Source: Lingula anatina
Taxonomy: Eukaryota > Animalia > Brachiopoda
NCBI GenBank assembly: GCA_051362555.1
Contig: CM120644.1
Coordinates: 21,288,534-21,352,533, forward strand
Direction: 5' to 3'
Length of the DNA: 64,000 nt
The notes under the pieces are model-generated. The model saw only the letters and a list, made by a program, of their open reading frames with translations. It was not told the DNA's origin and searched no databases. The position numbers were made by a program, and so were the translations under genes. The stretch's first letter is position 1. Each line of letters begins with the position of its first letter. Below are positions 1 through 12,886 of the stretch, in pieces.

Positions 1-600
1 TTATAAACAAGGCAGCAAAGCTGTCAAATGTACAGGCAAAAACAGAAAATAAAGATGCAGAAAATAGGTCATTTTGTCAATATTGATGCAATAATAAATA
101 ATGCAGTTAATCAACACTGAATTTTAATCATGAACAACAGGTAACATGGTCAATAACAGGAGCGCATCCAGAGATATTTTCTGAGAGTATTCCAAATTAT
201 CTTTGTTGATCCATCCTCCATTTTTGATGGTCTTCCAACAGAAAAAAAAATAGATACCTGTCAATGTAAACTTCAAAATCTGACCGTCTTCCAGAAGACA
301 GTCTCAATCCGCCCCTGCAATAAGATTACAGTTTTAGGACCATGAGAGTTCAAATTCACATAATGAAAGTCCCAATATTTGAAAAATGATGACAGTGCAT
401 AAAATAATGTTACATAATTTTTAAAGACATAATGTTAAAGACAAGTGTGTTTTATGTAATCTCATTTAATGGTCACTTGAATATTAATTAGACAAGTGAC
501 TTAATAGCTGTGAACTTATACCCAAGGGAAAATTACAGACTGACCACCTTCATGTGACAAGCAAAGGTCTTCAGGCCAATAAGTCACACTTTAAAAAAAA

Positions 601-668
601 AAATTATGCACAACAGGTAATACCGATGAAAGTAAAATTATGCACAACAGGTAATACCGATGAAAGTA
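601..668. repeat. 34-bp tandem duplication
   Basis: aaattatgcacaacaggtaataccgatgaaagta occurs twice in tandem (601-634, 635-668). Confidence 0.85.
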
Positions 669-2258
669 AAAGCATCAGGCCCATGAGAGTTCAAGTTCAC
701 ATTAGAAAATGCCAGAATGAGAAAAATGAGTTCATTTCCATTTTTGAAGCAGAAAATGTCAAAACAACACTTTTACATATCTAATTAGTTCTATAATGAG
801 ACTGTTAACATGCCTACGGATTAAATCTGAAGAAAAAACACTTATTTACAAAAAAAAAAAAAAAAAGGCATGACTTCATCAAAACTTAACTGATCAAGCT
901 TATTTTCAAACTTGATCTGTATACTAGTTAAACTGATCACTCCTGTGTACAAAATGTGAGTCACAAGACAAAAGGCCAATTGTTTTTTCTTAAAATGCGT
1001 TGTATACTAGTCAAACTGATCACTCCTGTGAGTCGCAAGACAAAAGGCCGATCGGTTTTTCTTAAAATGCATTATCAGTGTTGCATATGTCATAGTGGTG
1101 ATTTCACGGCCAAACTTCATTTCAGAAACTTCCACATTTAAATCAAATTAAATCAACATTTGGTAAAGGTTGTTCAGATGTTTCCGTTATAATGATATTA
1201 CATGAATCTGTTAACGCATTTTATTTATTGGAAAGAACTGTAACCAAGTTGTAAAGCATGTTTTCAGTTTTAAAAGGATTGAATAACTTTATTTACGGCT
1301 TCATCTCCAAGTTAAAGTTTAAAGCAGTCTGAGTTTAATTATGTGAAAGGTCTCTAGTAATATATCTTAATTCTGTTAATTGGCTTCATTATCTCTGACT
1401 TGTTTTAGGATTCACTGTAATATATTTTGTGTGTATTAGTATATAAGGAGAAGAACTTTGTATTAGAGATGAGAGAGATTGGAGATAAGAGCTCAGATTG
1501 AGTTTGGTCAGTCAAACCGATAGCTGGATTGTCCCTGTTGTCTTAGGAGACTCCAGATCTCTCAGCCAGAGAAATAAATGTAGAGATAAGTCAGTTGGTA
1601 GTTGTTCTCTGGAAAACATATCACTGCTGTTGTGTTACCTGCTGGAGAAGTAACTCAGACCATACATGTAGAAGTAGAGACACCATTCTCTCTACTTCTA
1701 TGCTCAGACCAAGTACCCCCTGTGATACATATATGCTGAAAAAAAACAAAAAAAAACAAAACAGCGTAACTTTTGAAAAATGGTCCAATCACGCTGATTT
1801 TTTAACTTGACCTGTGTATTATGAATTTTCATCAGTTCTGTATATATGTAAGTTTCAAGCCAAAAGGTAAAACGGTTTTCCACTTATTGTGTTATCGGTG
1901 TTGCATATATGCTAAAAATAATAAAAAATCAACATAACTTTGATAAAAATGGCCTGATCATGTGAAAAAATAATGAAAAGTAATGAAATGTCACCACATA
2001 ACATATGTCAGCTTCTGTAAGCTCCAATCAGAAAGTTGGGTAAGTAGCAATTTGGAATGAAAAGTTGGACATATGAAAAAGGACCACAATGGAAAGTTAG
2101 ACATAAGAGAAATGATACTAGCAAGATCCCTTTAAACTGGCTGTTATTCACAGTATTGTCTAGAAGAATGAGGGCAGTGGCAGCTAATTAACATGGGGTA
2201 TTACAGAGAGAGAATGAGCAGACGAGAGAGAAGAATTAAGTAGAAAGACATAATATAC

Positions 2259-2518
2259 CAGGGCCCCGTAAACATCGTGTATTGTGAATAGCAATATCAC
2301 ATAGAGGCTACAGGCGCGTTACGAAATCGAGACGCTTGCGCTCTGTACTCCTGTCTTTTACTCTCACTTCTCATGTTTGCAAATTTTTCTTTGAATTTAT
2401 GCACGTGCAAGTGCGTCTCGATTCCATGGCCCACGTATCTCGAAATAGAATCGGTTATGGAATTGAGACACTAATGCTCGTGCGCAACATAGCAAACCTT
2501 TCCAGATACGGAGCCCTG
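2259..2518. mobile_element. PIF/Harbinger-like MITE
   Basis: Inverted ends cagggccccgta (2259-2270) and tacggagccctg (2507-2518); GGGCCC-type termini with CWG flanks; no coding capacity. Confidence 0.6.
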
Positions 2519-2680
2519 GTGTCCCAGGTCTAAGCCCGTCAACCTGCAGCGCCACCTGTAGCATTACCTGATATTGTAGTATTACATGCAGTCACCTTGG
2601 GCTTTCAAACATGTGACCTGTAATGAAATCATGTGTCATGTGTGGACCTTGCCTCAGTTGCATGCCTTACGTGGTTCATA

Positions 2681-3536
2681 TACTGAACAAAAATATAAAC
2701 GCACGAAAGAATATGTAATTTATTTTCATATATGGAACTAGAGTATATAGCCAAAAATAACAGCATATATTTCTCGACAAATAGACATCACTTTGAGAGC
2801 ATAAAGGGAAAGTTTAAATGCACAGTCCAAGAAATAGGGCATCAAATACACCATGGGGGTTAACATCCTGAGTTCACAGACACCATTAAATTTGTGCAGA
2901 GCAGTACACCAGCGGCGCATGGACATCACTAAGTTGTCAATAGAGGCATAAGGGATATTATCCCATTCCTCCTGGAGTGCTACTCGCAGTTGGCGAATAT
3001 TCTCGAGAGCTGTAACATGATGGCTGAAAACTCTGATCCAGAACATTCCACAGGTGTTTGTTGGGCGACATGGTGCATAAGGGTGGTTCCTAATGCTACC
3101 AGTGTCTCTGAAGCGTGTTCCCAGACGGTTGACAGTGGAATGATGCACATCCAGGCATGCTGCATCTTCTGTTACTGACAAGCCAGCATTGAGCATGCTG
3201 ATGGCATGCTCCCTCATGGTTCCAGTTGTCTGTGGCATGTTGACAAGTGGCAGAAATACACATTTTGGTGTGTCCTTTTATTGCCTAGACGGTAAAGAGT
3301 GTCTGTGTATTGGTCTTGCAGATTGACCTCTACTCCGTCATGCTCCATTAGTCTTATGGGTGTAAAAACTGAACCTCTGAGTATACTCACATGGAGCGGC
3401 CAAGTGAAACCAGACCACTATAATTGATCAAAACAAATCCATCAGTTCACAAATAAACCATCAACCTGGGCATATTTCATGATTATCCATTTCAACTGAC
3501 CATTTTAGTTTCGTGTGTTTATGTTTTTGTTCAGTA
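2681..3536 (-). mobile_element. Internally deleted Tc1/mariner DNA transposon
   Basis: 28-bp TIRs (tactgaacaaaaatataaacgcacgaaa / tttcgtgtgtttatgtttttgttcagta, 2 mismatches), TA on both flanks; ORF 3238-2738 has a Tc1 N-terminal HTH (MREHAISMLNAGLS...HHSTVNRLGTRFRDTGS) and C-terminal helix (LRVALQEEWDNIP...LVMSMRRWC) but no DDE core. Confidence 0.9.
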
Positions 3537-4039
3537 TATTTAGAGGAGTAAATCAGTTAGTAAGACTGAAAAGTAGGAAAATCAGGCAACCTACAAGTAT
3601 TGTAATCTGTAAAGTAAAACTGTAATTTGCCGACAATGCAACATCATTTTAATGCATGTTTATTCACATTATTTTGTTGATCTTCACGAAAAATCACACC
3701 AAGGGTGATGATCAAACTAAAAATGACAGTTGCACATCATTACCTTATCCCAGTTTTGGTGCATTAGATCTAAACCAGGGTTTTTAAAATCGTCTTTATA
3801 CATTTACCTTTCAGTTACGTTCTTGGCCGGAAGTGCTTTTCACTATTCCAAGAGGCTACAGTCTCTAATCCAGGCATTTGCTTTTGACAAAAATTCCTTT
3901 AAATCATCAGCAAATCCCACCCATGAAATAAGAACAGGTATGCGCAAAATAGTTCCAAGCATTTCTAGAAATGGTGCTGCATAGAGTTGAATTTTCGGGC
4001 CAGCTTTTCTTTTAAACATGTGGCGCCATCTGTGCATAA

Positions 4040-4106
4040 ATTCAAAGAAACCGAAAGGAAAATTCGCAAACACGAGAAGTGAAAGTAAAAGACAGGTGTG
4101 GTAAGT
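4040..4106 (+). promoter_or_regulatory. Putative RTK promoter / non-coding first exon with IRF- and NF-kB-like motifs
   Basis: GAAACCGAAA (4047-4056), GGAAAATTCG (4057-4066), AAGTGAAAGT (4077-4086), then a strong donor GTG|gtaagt at 4100/4101; the first coding exon has its own acceptor at 5541-5542, so an upstream exon is needed. Confidence 0.4.
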
Positions 4107-4367
4107 TAGTATCTCCTTGGTAAGAGACTGTCTGGAGACGAGAGTTCATCTCAAATTAATAAATATTCTAAGCAAAAATGTCAGATACTAACGTTAGTAT
4201 ATCGGTTATCTATCAATTATCGGTTATCAATTTGACGTTGTTACATACAATTATATAACTTCCTGCCTGGTATCGGTTATCAATATGTATTGTTTACTTC
4301 CTGGTATAGTTTGCCTCAGTTTTCGGCCTTCCATGCATCGTACATGAACATGTAAGGGTGAAAACTG

Positions 4368-4541
4368 GGGGCCGTAGCGATAGTCCGAAGGTTCAATAGT
4401 CCGAAGGTTCATTGGTCCGAATGTTCACTATAGAACCTTCGGACCAATGAACCCTTGATTAAAAAATCGATAAAAATGTTACCACTTTTCGGACCAATGA
4501 ACCTTCGGACCAATGAACCTTCGGACTATCGAGACGCCCCC
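4368..4541. mobile_element. MITE with GGGG...CCCC termini, internal gtccgaaggttc repeats and 8-bp TSD
   Basis: TIR ggggccgtagcgatagtccgaagg / ccttcggactatcgagacgccccc; gaaaactg duplicated on both sides (4360-4367, 4542-4549); second copy at 7867-8024. Confidence 0.85.
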
Positions 4542-4681
4542 GAAAACTGAGGCAATGTATCGTATGCTTAGTTTTGTTCATTTATTTCATTAATTATTAG
4601 TATTAAACCAATGGTGCACGTTATTGCATAAAAAAAACCTATATGGCCGCAATTGTATACTGTACAAACAAAGATATGTTT

Positions 4682-5356
4682 ATAGACTTGTGAAGATTCT
4701 TTTGTCTATAGCTAGTATACTTACCAGCCAATATTTCGTCTGCTTGCAGTCAGATTGCATCAGGGAATGAGGTTGTGATAGATGTGACAACCTAACACCT
4801 CCTCTGGTGTGCTATTTGGTCAGACCCCCCCCCCTTTGCCTGCCCCTCCTTTAGGAGTGGTAGGTAGAGGCTGGGTAGCTCAGTCCCATCATTCCGATTC
4901 AGCTTTGGCCCATGTAAGCATATGTTAATCGCTTCAAGAACTTCATGGTGTAGGTCCCATGGCTCTCTTTCCAAGATTTATATATCTTCTTATATTTTTG
5001 ATGTTAAACAATGCCATGTCCTCCCCTGGTGTTGGCTGAGGACAGCTTTTTTATCATGTTTCTTAAAAGATTTTTGATGTTCTATAATTTTTTCTTTTAT
5101 GGAACGTCCTGTCTCTCCGATGTATTTCTCTCCACCTACCTGACACTCACACTGGTATACAATGCCACACTGTTCTCCGGGGTCTAATTTGTCCTTTGGG
5201 GATACTAGGATGCCTCTCAAAGTCTGTCCTGCCTTATGGTGTAAAACTACATTCCTTTTTCTGAACGCTCTTTTCTGCTTTTCACTAACCCCATATCCTT
5301 TGGGTAGACCAGACAGATATAAGTAGCTATAAACATGAGAATCTTCACAAGTCTAT
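4682..5356 (-). mobile_element. Penelope-like retroelement remnant (GIY-YIG endonuclease, 5'-truncated)
   Basis: Minus-strand peptides LVSPKDK...GIVYQCECQVGGEKYIGETGRSIKEKIIEH and LEAINICLHGPKLNRNDG, with frameshifts; degenerate hammerhead core downstream; 3' tail repeated in inverted orientation (4682-4713 vs 5325-5356). Confidence 0.85.
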
Positions 5357-5561
5357 TATATATATATGTATGCATACAGTGGCAGATTAAGAGGGGTTCA
5401 GGGGGGTCCTGACCCCCCTTAAATTCCTGGTCCCCTCTTGAAATTTGAATTCGACTAGTTGAATCATAGTTCTAAACCATATACAAAATGAAACCGTTCG
5501 CCCTCTAAAATATCAAAAATTTTCAGGTTTGTTTATTTGTAGATGATACTCCAGTATAGAA

Positions 5562-5640
5562 ATGGTAGTTTCTTGGTTATCATCAAGTTCTAAATTCAAT
5601 TTTGAATGGTTATTGGTCATCGTTGTTCTGCTGGCAGCAG
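5562..5640 (+). CDS. RTK exon 1: signal peptide
   Basis: [26 protein letters not shown] then phase-1 donor gtaagt; joins exon 2 in frame. Confidence 0.65.
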
Positions 5641-6370
5641 GTAAGTTACAACTTAATGTACTACCTGTATACTCAGCTTGCCATATGACTTATGATATCC
5701 ATCCCCGCACCGATACTCCCCCGCTTCTTTACATCCCCACACCGATACTCCTATCCCCCGCTTCGAATATAATTCTTTACATCCCCACACCGATACTCCT
5801 ATCCCCCGCTTCTTTACATCCCCACACCGATACTCCTATCCCCCGCTTCTTTACATCCCCACACCGATACTCCTATCCCCCGCTTCTTTACATCCCCACA
5901 CCGATACTCCTATCCCCCGCTTCTTTACATCCCCGCATCAATACTCCCCCTCTTCTTTACATCCCACACTGATACTCCCCCTCTTCTTTACATCCCCACA
6001 CCGATACTCCCCAGCTTCTTTACATCCCCGCATCGATACTCCTCTGCACTGATACTCCCACGTACCTATATACTCCGTAAAAACACTTCTCCCCCACGGC
6101 ATAGATTCCCTTGGCTTTGTAAACACAATTCGTGATTCAAAACCCTTTCTATAATGCTTTCCTTTCCAGACGCACCACCCTCTTGGGACCCAAAAGTGAC
6201 ACATTTTATTCGAAATATATTGGGGAAAATAAAGAACGTTACACGAAGTGGATCTCAGACTTTGTTTGCAGCTCGACAGTACAGCTCTTCCTTGTGATTT
6301 TTGAGAAATGTTTTTGCAAAATTAATTTCGTTCTCCTACTGTATTTACCGTATATATATTATACACCCTT

Positions 6371-6417
<47 letters not shown>

Positions 6418-9400
6418 TTCAAGGCAAAGTTATTTTTAATCTAAGATAGCGCAGCTATGTCTTTTCTTCAGGCAACGATGAATTCGTTAAATTATTAAGC
6501 AATAAAAAAGGGCTTTGTTTTCTGTCTTCTTCCTTTAACCTTCTTTTCTGCTCTTTAAGTTTCTTTCCCTTGTCTTTTGGGAGGCATATTAGAATCTGAA
6601 TTGAGCAAAATTCAAAATTTTTGAAAACACGCAAAAGGGCACTTTCTCCTTCATTGCTTGTGACATGCATTTTGGACCACGCAAGTCTCACTTGCAAACT
6701 CCTTGCAAACTCCTTGCGAAGGGAGCAAGTTACGTTTGCGGCCTCGCTGTTCGCAGATTATTTGTAGAATCTATTGGAAATGTTCAATATCATCCGCACG
6801 TGCTTACATATGTCCAAATTGAAATTTTGCATAAAGCACCTGCGTGGCACATAAGATTCTCCGCAAAATATAGACTCAAACGGGTCGTAAGAGCCTGTGC
6901 GGCCGGTTGTGACCGAGGCTTTAAATATAATAAATTTTAGCATAAATTTTCAAAGAGTGCAGAAAAAATGTTCCTAACAAGCTGCCTTTCGTACAAGACC
7001 CCTGTATTTAAGGAATATTAATCATTTCTATAAGTTTGAAGACAAGAGGTAAAAAAATTCTCCACTACTTGTGTTTTGTCTACGAGCGCACGACTATGAC
7101 GCCGCCGCCGACAGACGTAGGGGATGTAAATGTAAAAAATGCAAAACAATGTGTATTTATATTCAAACAGGTTTGTGAAATCCTTGGTGTAGGTGATTTG
7201 TCAAGGGGTTTTAATTGTGGGTTTCTTCCCTTTGCTATTGCGTTTTATTGTCCTTCGGGATCCAGTAACAAAGAACGGTAACAAAGAAGGGGAAATCAGG
7301 TAACAAAGAACGACAAAGTCCTGATATTTGTTCAATCCAGGCAGGCAGGTTTTATTATAGATGAGAGGTACTAGTACAATTGAGTTTGCCTTCTGAATAA
7401 ATCTTCTTTCCTTGTGGATTGGTTCAGCTCGGATAATACAGGTACTTCTTATAAGACAATAGTGAAATAAAGGAACAATCTAATGAATAAGTGTATAAGT
7501 GTCCAGTTGGCTCTACAAGAGCGGGCCTCGCTTTTGTCTTCCTAGAATGCTATCAAGTTTCTTAAAACTAATTCTTTAAATCATTATGCATAAATAAAAC
7601 CATTATGACAGATTTAAAAAGCATAAAAACAACATCAACAGGGATTTCCCTGCGGCCATTTTTTCCACATATCTCACCAATATCCAAAGCGGTTTTTCCA
7701 TTTGAAAAAAGTATTTCTTATACAGTGTAGGCCGTGCTTTCGACTCGTTGACCAATTTATCATATCCTTATGTGAAACAATATCAATGTATGCTGACAGA
7801 CTCCCCCCTCATAGACAGTCCAATTCCCATCAATTTGCATAGGTGAGCCCCGCCCTAGTTTTTGATGGGGGCGTCTCGATAGTCCGAAGGTTCATTGGTC
7901 CGAAAAGTGGTAACATTTTCATCGATTTTTTTATCAAGGGTTCATTGGTCCGGAGTTTCTATAGTGAACATTCGGACCAATGAACCTTCGGACTTTTGAA
8001 CCTTCGGACTATCGCTAAGGCCCCATTTTCACCCACTTACGTAGACTGACCCTATCCTGTATAATTCACTCTCTGTTACCCAGACCCTCAGTTTCGTGGA
8101 AATTGCATAGGGGGACCCGGAGTAATGATGTGGGGGAGTATCGGTGCGCGTATAACGGCAATTTTACAGGGCTTTATCGATGCGGGGATCTATCGGTGTG
8201 GGGTTGTATCGATGTGGATAATGCAAAAATTTACAAAGGGGAAGTATCGGTGCAGCATGACTCTATGATAGACAGCTTGAGTTGGAAAACCATCCTTATT
8301 GCATTCTTTTCCTGGTAATGGAGGGTTTTTCTTTTTCTTTTTTTTTCAAGTGTGGGTCTTTGAACTCCCAAGGGTATGAAGCTGTATGATAGTTATACTG
8401 TTAATTATTGAATGCACTTACTCCAGTAGGGGAGACCGGGGCTAGTTGGCCCAGTTAGACACTTTTGGCCTTGTAGAGCCAACTTTATTTTAATTAAGAA
8501 TAAATTAATAATGGTATAAAGCAGGTTTTTTTATGAATGAAAACAATTAAATAATAAATTTTTGTTTTAAAAGAAACTAGCAAATTCAGTTTTAAACTGG
8601 TAATTATTTAACAAACCATTTGGTTTGTTTCAACAATGGTCTGTAGCTCTGTTGCGTGCAGTCAAGGGGGCCAACTAGCCCCGGGTGCACATTTTAATTA
8701 GTTTAAAGGATTGCAGCCATTTATGGTGCTGGAATGAACAATGATGATACATTTCTGTGAAACTTGAAACAATGAGCTTCAGTTTGATGCCTTTTACATA
8801 TAGGCCTACTATATTAGATCAAAAGCTGATGAAAATAGATTTTAAAGTCTCTTTAATAAAGCTACTTTAGGATGCTTTCATTTGGACTAAATGAAACTTC
8901 TTTACAACCGACGCTTTCTTAGCACTATTGGATACGGTCACTCTACTAAATGATGTGATCAATATTTTTACCCCATATACATGTATAGTTACTTTTTCAT
9001 AAATTGATGGGGGCCAACTTACCCCAGGGTCCAGCTAGCCCCGATCTCCCCTACAGTACCAGGAGTCCTCTCTGATGCTCTAGTTTTCTTTCTTTTATCT
9101 TCAGCCCAAGAAGTATCAACACAAAAAAACCCACTGTTACTGCAACCAGGGAATGGGATAAGAACAAGACGATTTTCTGCAAGATCCCAGGAAACACCCA
9201 AATCTGGTAAATTAAGACAAAAAAAAAAAAAAAAAAAATTATTCTGAAAAAAAAAAGAAAATTAAAAATTGTGTGGTAGGAAATGATAGATATCCTAATA
9301 TTAATATCTTTATTAATGATTTGCATGGCAGGGAATGAATGTCATAAGCAAATATGGCCATGTTTTGGTATCTTTATGATAAAGTTTAAATGACATGTAC

Positions 9401-12400
9401 AGGTGCAGAACAAAGATTAATGTGACTTGACAGTTGCAGTCATATTTAACCTAGTTCTAAGATGAGCAATTCTGATTGGTCTGTCTGTCCGAGTCGTGGC
9501 TGTCGCTGTTGCCAGCACTGTTGCTGTGGCTGTTGCCTTTCCTGTCACTGTCTGACACATGACGTTCGCCCCATATCTGCCAAACCATATTTTTGTTTTA
9601 CTTAAAATTTAAGTGGCTTTGATTGGTAAAGAAGCAGGTTGCCTTTGAAAATTGGCATGATCATTTGACATTTATACTTTTCTGTTTTTTTTTCTGTTTG
9701 TTTGAATTTTTATTTTTCACACATCAGCATTTTTAGTGGCTTTTATATCCCATGAAATTGAATCACTTGTTAGTTTTTCAGTGTTCATGTTACCTGTAGT
9801 ATATAATGTAAGAGGGTAAGAGTGATTGTGCTGTTTTAAAGCATTATGTAACAGTGCATCAAAGTTGGCCAAAACATTATTTGGTGCACTTTTTTTCTTC
9901 GTAATGTTGGAACATTTGTCATCTTTGCTGCCTTTTTTATCTGTATATTTGTCAGCTTTGCTGTCTAGTTGTTGTTTTGAAATGATTATTTTTCACATCA
10001 TGTCAGTTTCAAGGTGCCACTTTGAACCTGCATGGACCTGAAGACCTTTAATTGCTCGTAACATTTTCTTGATATCCATGATAGTTATAATACATTATAG
10101 TAAATTGGTGGTGATCCTGCCCTTAATATAAGCATTATGTAATATTGCATCAACAAAAGTTGAAAAAATCTTATTTGGGCACTACTGTCACATAGACAAT
10201 TAAAGGATTACCATGTTACTTTTGATTCTCAAACTGCAGAAAAGATTCATAAGGATTTTATACTGTCTGGATTAAAAAAAAAAAGAAATGCATTTTTTTG
10301 TGAAATCTATGTTTTTTACATATTGGCTATATCAGTGTGGGACTTAGAACCCTTATGGGCATGAAGTGATATGTTAGGTACTGTATCTGAATGTCCATGT
10401 TATGATTTGTAGATAATGAAACTTTGGTGATGATTATGCTGTTAATCATTATGTTATATTGCATCAAAATTAAAAAAATACAATTTTGTGCACTGCCACT
10501 AAAAATGCTATGAAAGGAAAACTGTTTTCAAATTACTTATTATTTTCTTACTTACAAGAATGATTCTTAGGATTGACATACAGCTCATATTGGAAAACCA
10601 GCTTGATTGGATTGTTTTTCTGGATTTATGCAGTTTCTGAAATTTTTGTCTTTCTTATTCTGGCATTTTCAGTGTGTGAATTTGAACTCTCATTGGCCTG
10701 AAGCCACTTGATAGTTACATGCACAAAGTTTTACAGTTCAGGTTTCCTGTTGTGCATAATCAAAATTTGGTGTTGATTTTGCTGTCAAGCATAAATTAAT
10801 ATTGCATCAAAACTGAAAAAATGACATATTTTGTGCGCCATTTATTTCCAGCCTTTTGTCTGTGCATTTGACATCTCTGCTTCCCTGTTTACATTTATTA
10901 TTTTATTTTTGCATCCTTGAAAATATAAAAGGTTTACATTTTCAAGCATTGTGAAATGATAATTGTATAAACTTTATTTTTGCATTTGTATGAAACATTT
11001 TTACATTTGCTAAAAATCCATTATGGGCATTTTTTTACTGCATGGTTAAGGGGTACATAGTCAGATCGCAAATTTTAATAATATCTGTTTCAAATTCCAT
11101 TTAATTGCAGAGATTTGTGTCCCCTACCAATGTGCTGATGGGTACTTTGGCTGGCATTGCAAGTTTCAGTGCCAGTGTGCTACAGATGGAGAAGTGTGTG
11201 ACAAAAGAACTGGCTTCTGTCCTAGTGGCTGTGCTGGAAACAACTGGGGACCTGGATGCCTGCTGGGTAAGCAGTAGAATGGTTGTTGATGAACTGTTGT
11301 AATAACCCTTGAACTTCGATATGATTTAAGAAAAAAACATGTTCTTTGTTAAGAACTCATTGTTAGTTCTCACATATTGAAATGTTTTAAGGCCACTATA
11401 AGGCTATAGCCAAATCAATCATCATTAAATGCATGATTACAAAATGATAAATGGCACCAATGCTGGCTTTAGAAAAATGGGACAAGCGAAATTCCCAATT
11501 GGAAAATTGATACACTAGTAAATGGTGGCCTTGTGTAAATGCATTTACTTAAAATATTTTGGGATTAATTTTACAATCTGTAACAGTCTGCTGGTATTAT
11601 ATTTCTTCAAGATTCATCATGTTATTATGACTTGAGCAACAGTAAAAAGGATGGGGGCTTCAAATATGCTGGGAAAGTATCAGGGTATGGCACATTTACA
11701 TGTAATTTGTGGACTGATCCCAATAATCGTCTCAAACTAAATGATGATGATGTTCCTGAAATGAACTTACACTTAGCAAAGAACTACTGCAGGAATTCAA
11801 AAAGGCATTCAAGAGTAAAACCCTGGTGTAATAGTGATGGTGGATATATTTACTGTGGTATACAAACATGTGGTGAGTACAGGTGTATGATGTTAAAGTT
11901 AGATTTACGAAATGATTATTCTAAAAATTCCAAATGGTCTTTCCTTTTGTTGCCATATGTGTGTGTATGTAGTCACGCAAGTATACTTGTATTTGATGTG
12001 ATCATGAATTTATTTTGCAGAAATGAACCCAAGTATAAAACTATTTAGCTCAAAGTTTTTTTTCCACAACAGCCCCATTCTGTGATGCCACTGCTTTAGT
12101 TTATAATTTAAATTTAAAAAATCAAAATGACCTTGTCTTTTCAATTGTCTAGATTGTCCTGACTACCGCTTTGATGGCCAGAACAACTGCGACAAGGACT
12201 GTAGATGCAGAGACAGCAATGAGGTGTGTAATAAGGAAACAGGTGCCTGTATAAGTGGATGCTCTGTGGGATGGGGAGGAACAGGCTGCCAGGACTGTAA
12301 GTACAAGGAGCTTGCAAGGAGATTTTAATTACAAAGAAAGAGTGTCTTACTCAGTGAAAAATGAAGAAAGAAAAATTATCAGATTATAAGGTCAGAGGAT

Positions 12401-12836
12401 GCTTTGCCTCCAAAAGAATTTCAAAATTTATGTGCCAAACAAGGAGACTTTTTTATTTTTGCTGTTTGCAAGCTGTAACAAGGACTTTTTTGTAGGTACA
12501 CTTGGCGAGAAACCTTCAGCTACATCAACAGCCACTAGTATTGCAGTTAGTTGGAATAGTAGACTATGTACATGTAATAGATCTGGTGTGCAAGGAATCC
12601 AGTATGTATTACAATACACTGAACTACATGGTAATACATGGGAATCTATAAACAGGAGTGGAGAAGATTGTGGTATCAAGTGTGAGGTCACTGTTTCCAA
12701 CTTGCTGCCTGATATGGTGTACCTGGTGAGGGTGAGGATAAGAAAAGATGATAATCAACCTGGCCCTTTTTTGGAGGATGAAATCACTCGAGTTAAAACA
12801 ATGTGTGGCAGTAAGTATAGATATATATATACTCAG

Positions 12837-12886
<50 letters not shown>

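Noticed and set aside
5641-6204. Pro/His-rich ORF extensions (5562-5972 and 5938-6204)
   Set aside because: Read-through into the minisatellite beyond the 5640 splice donor
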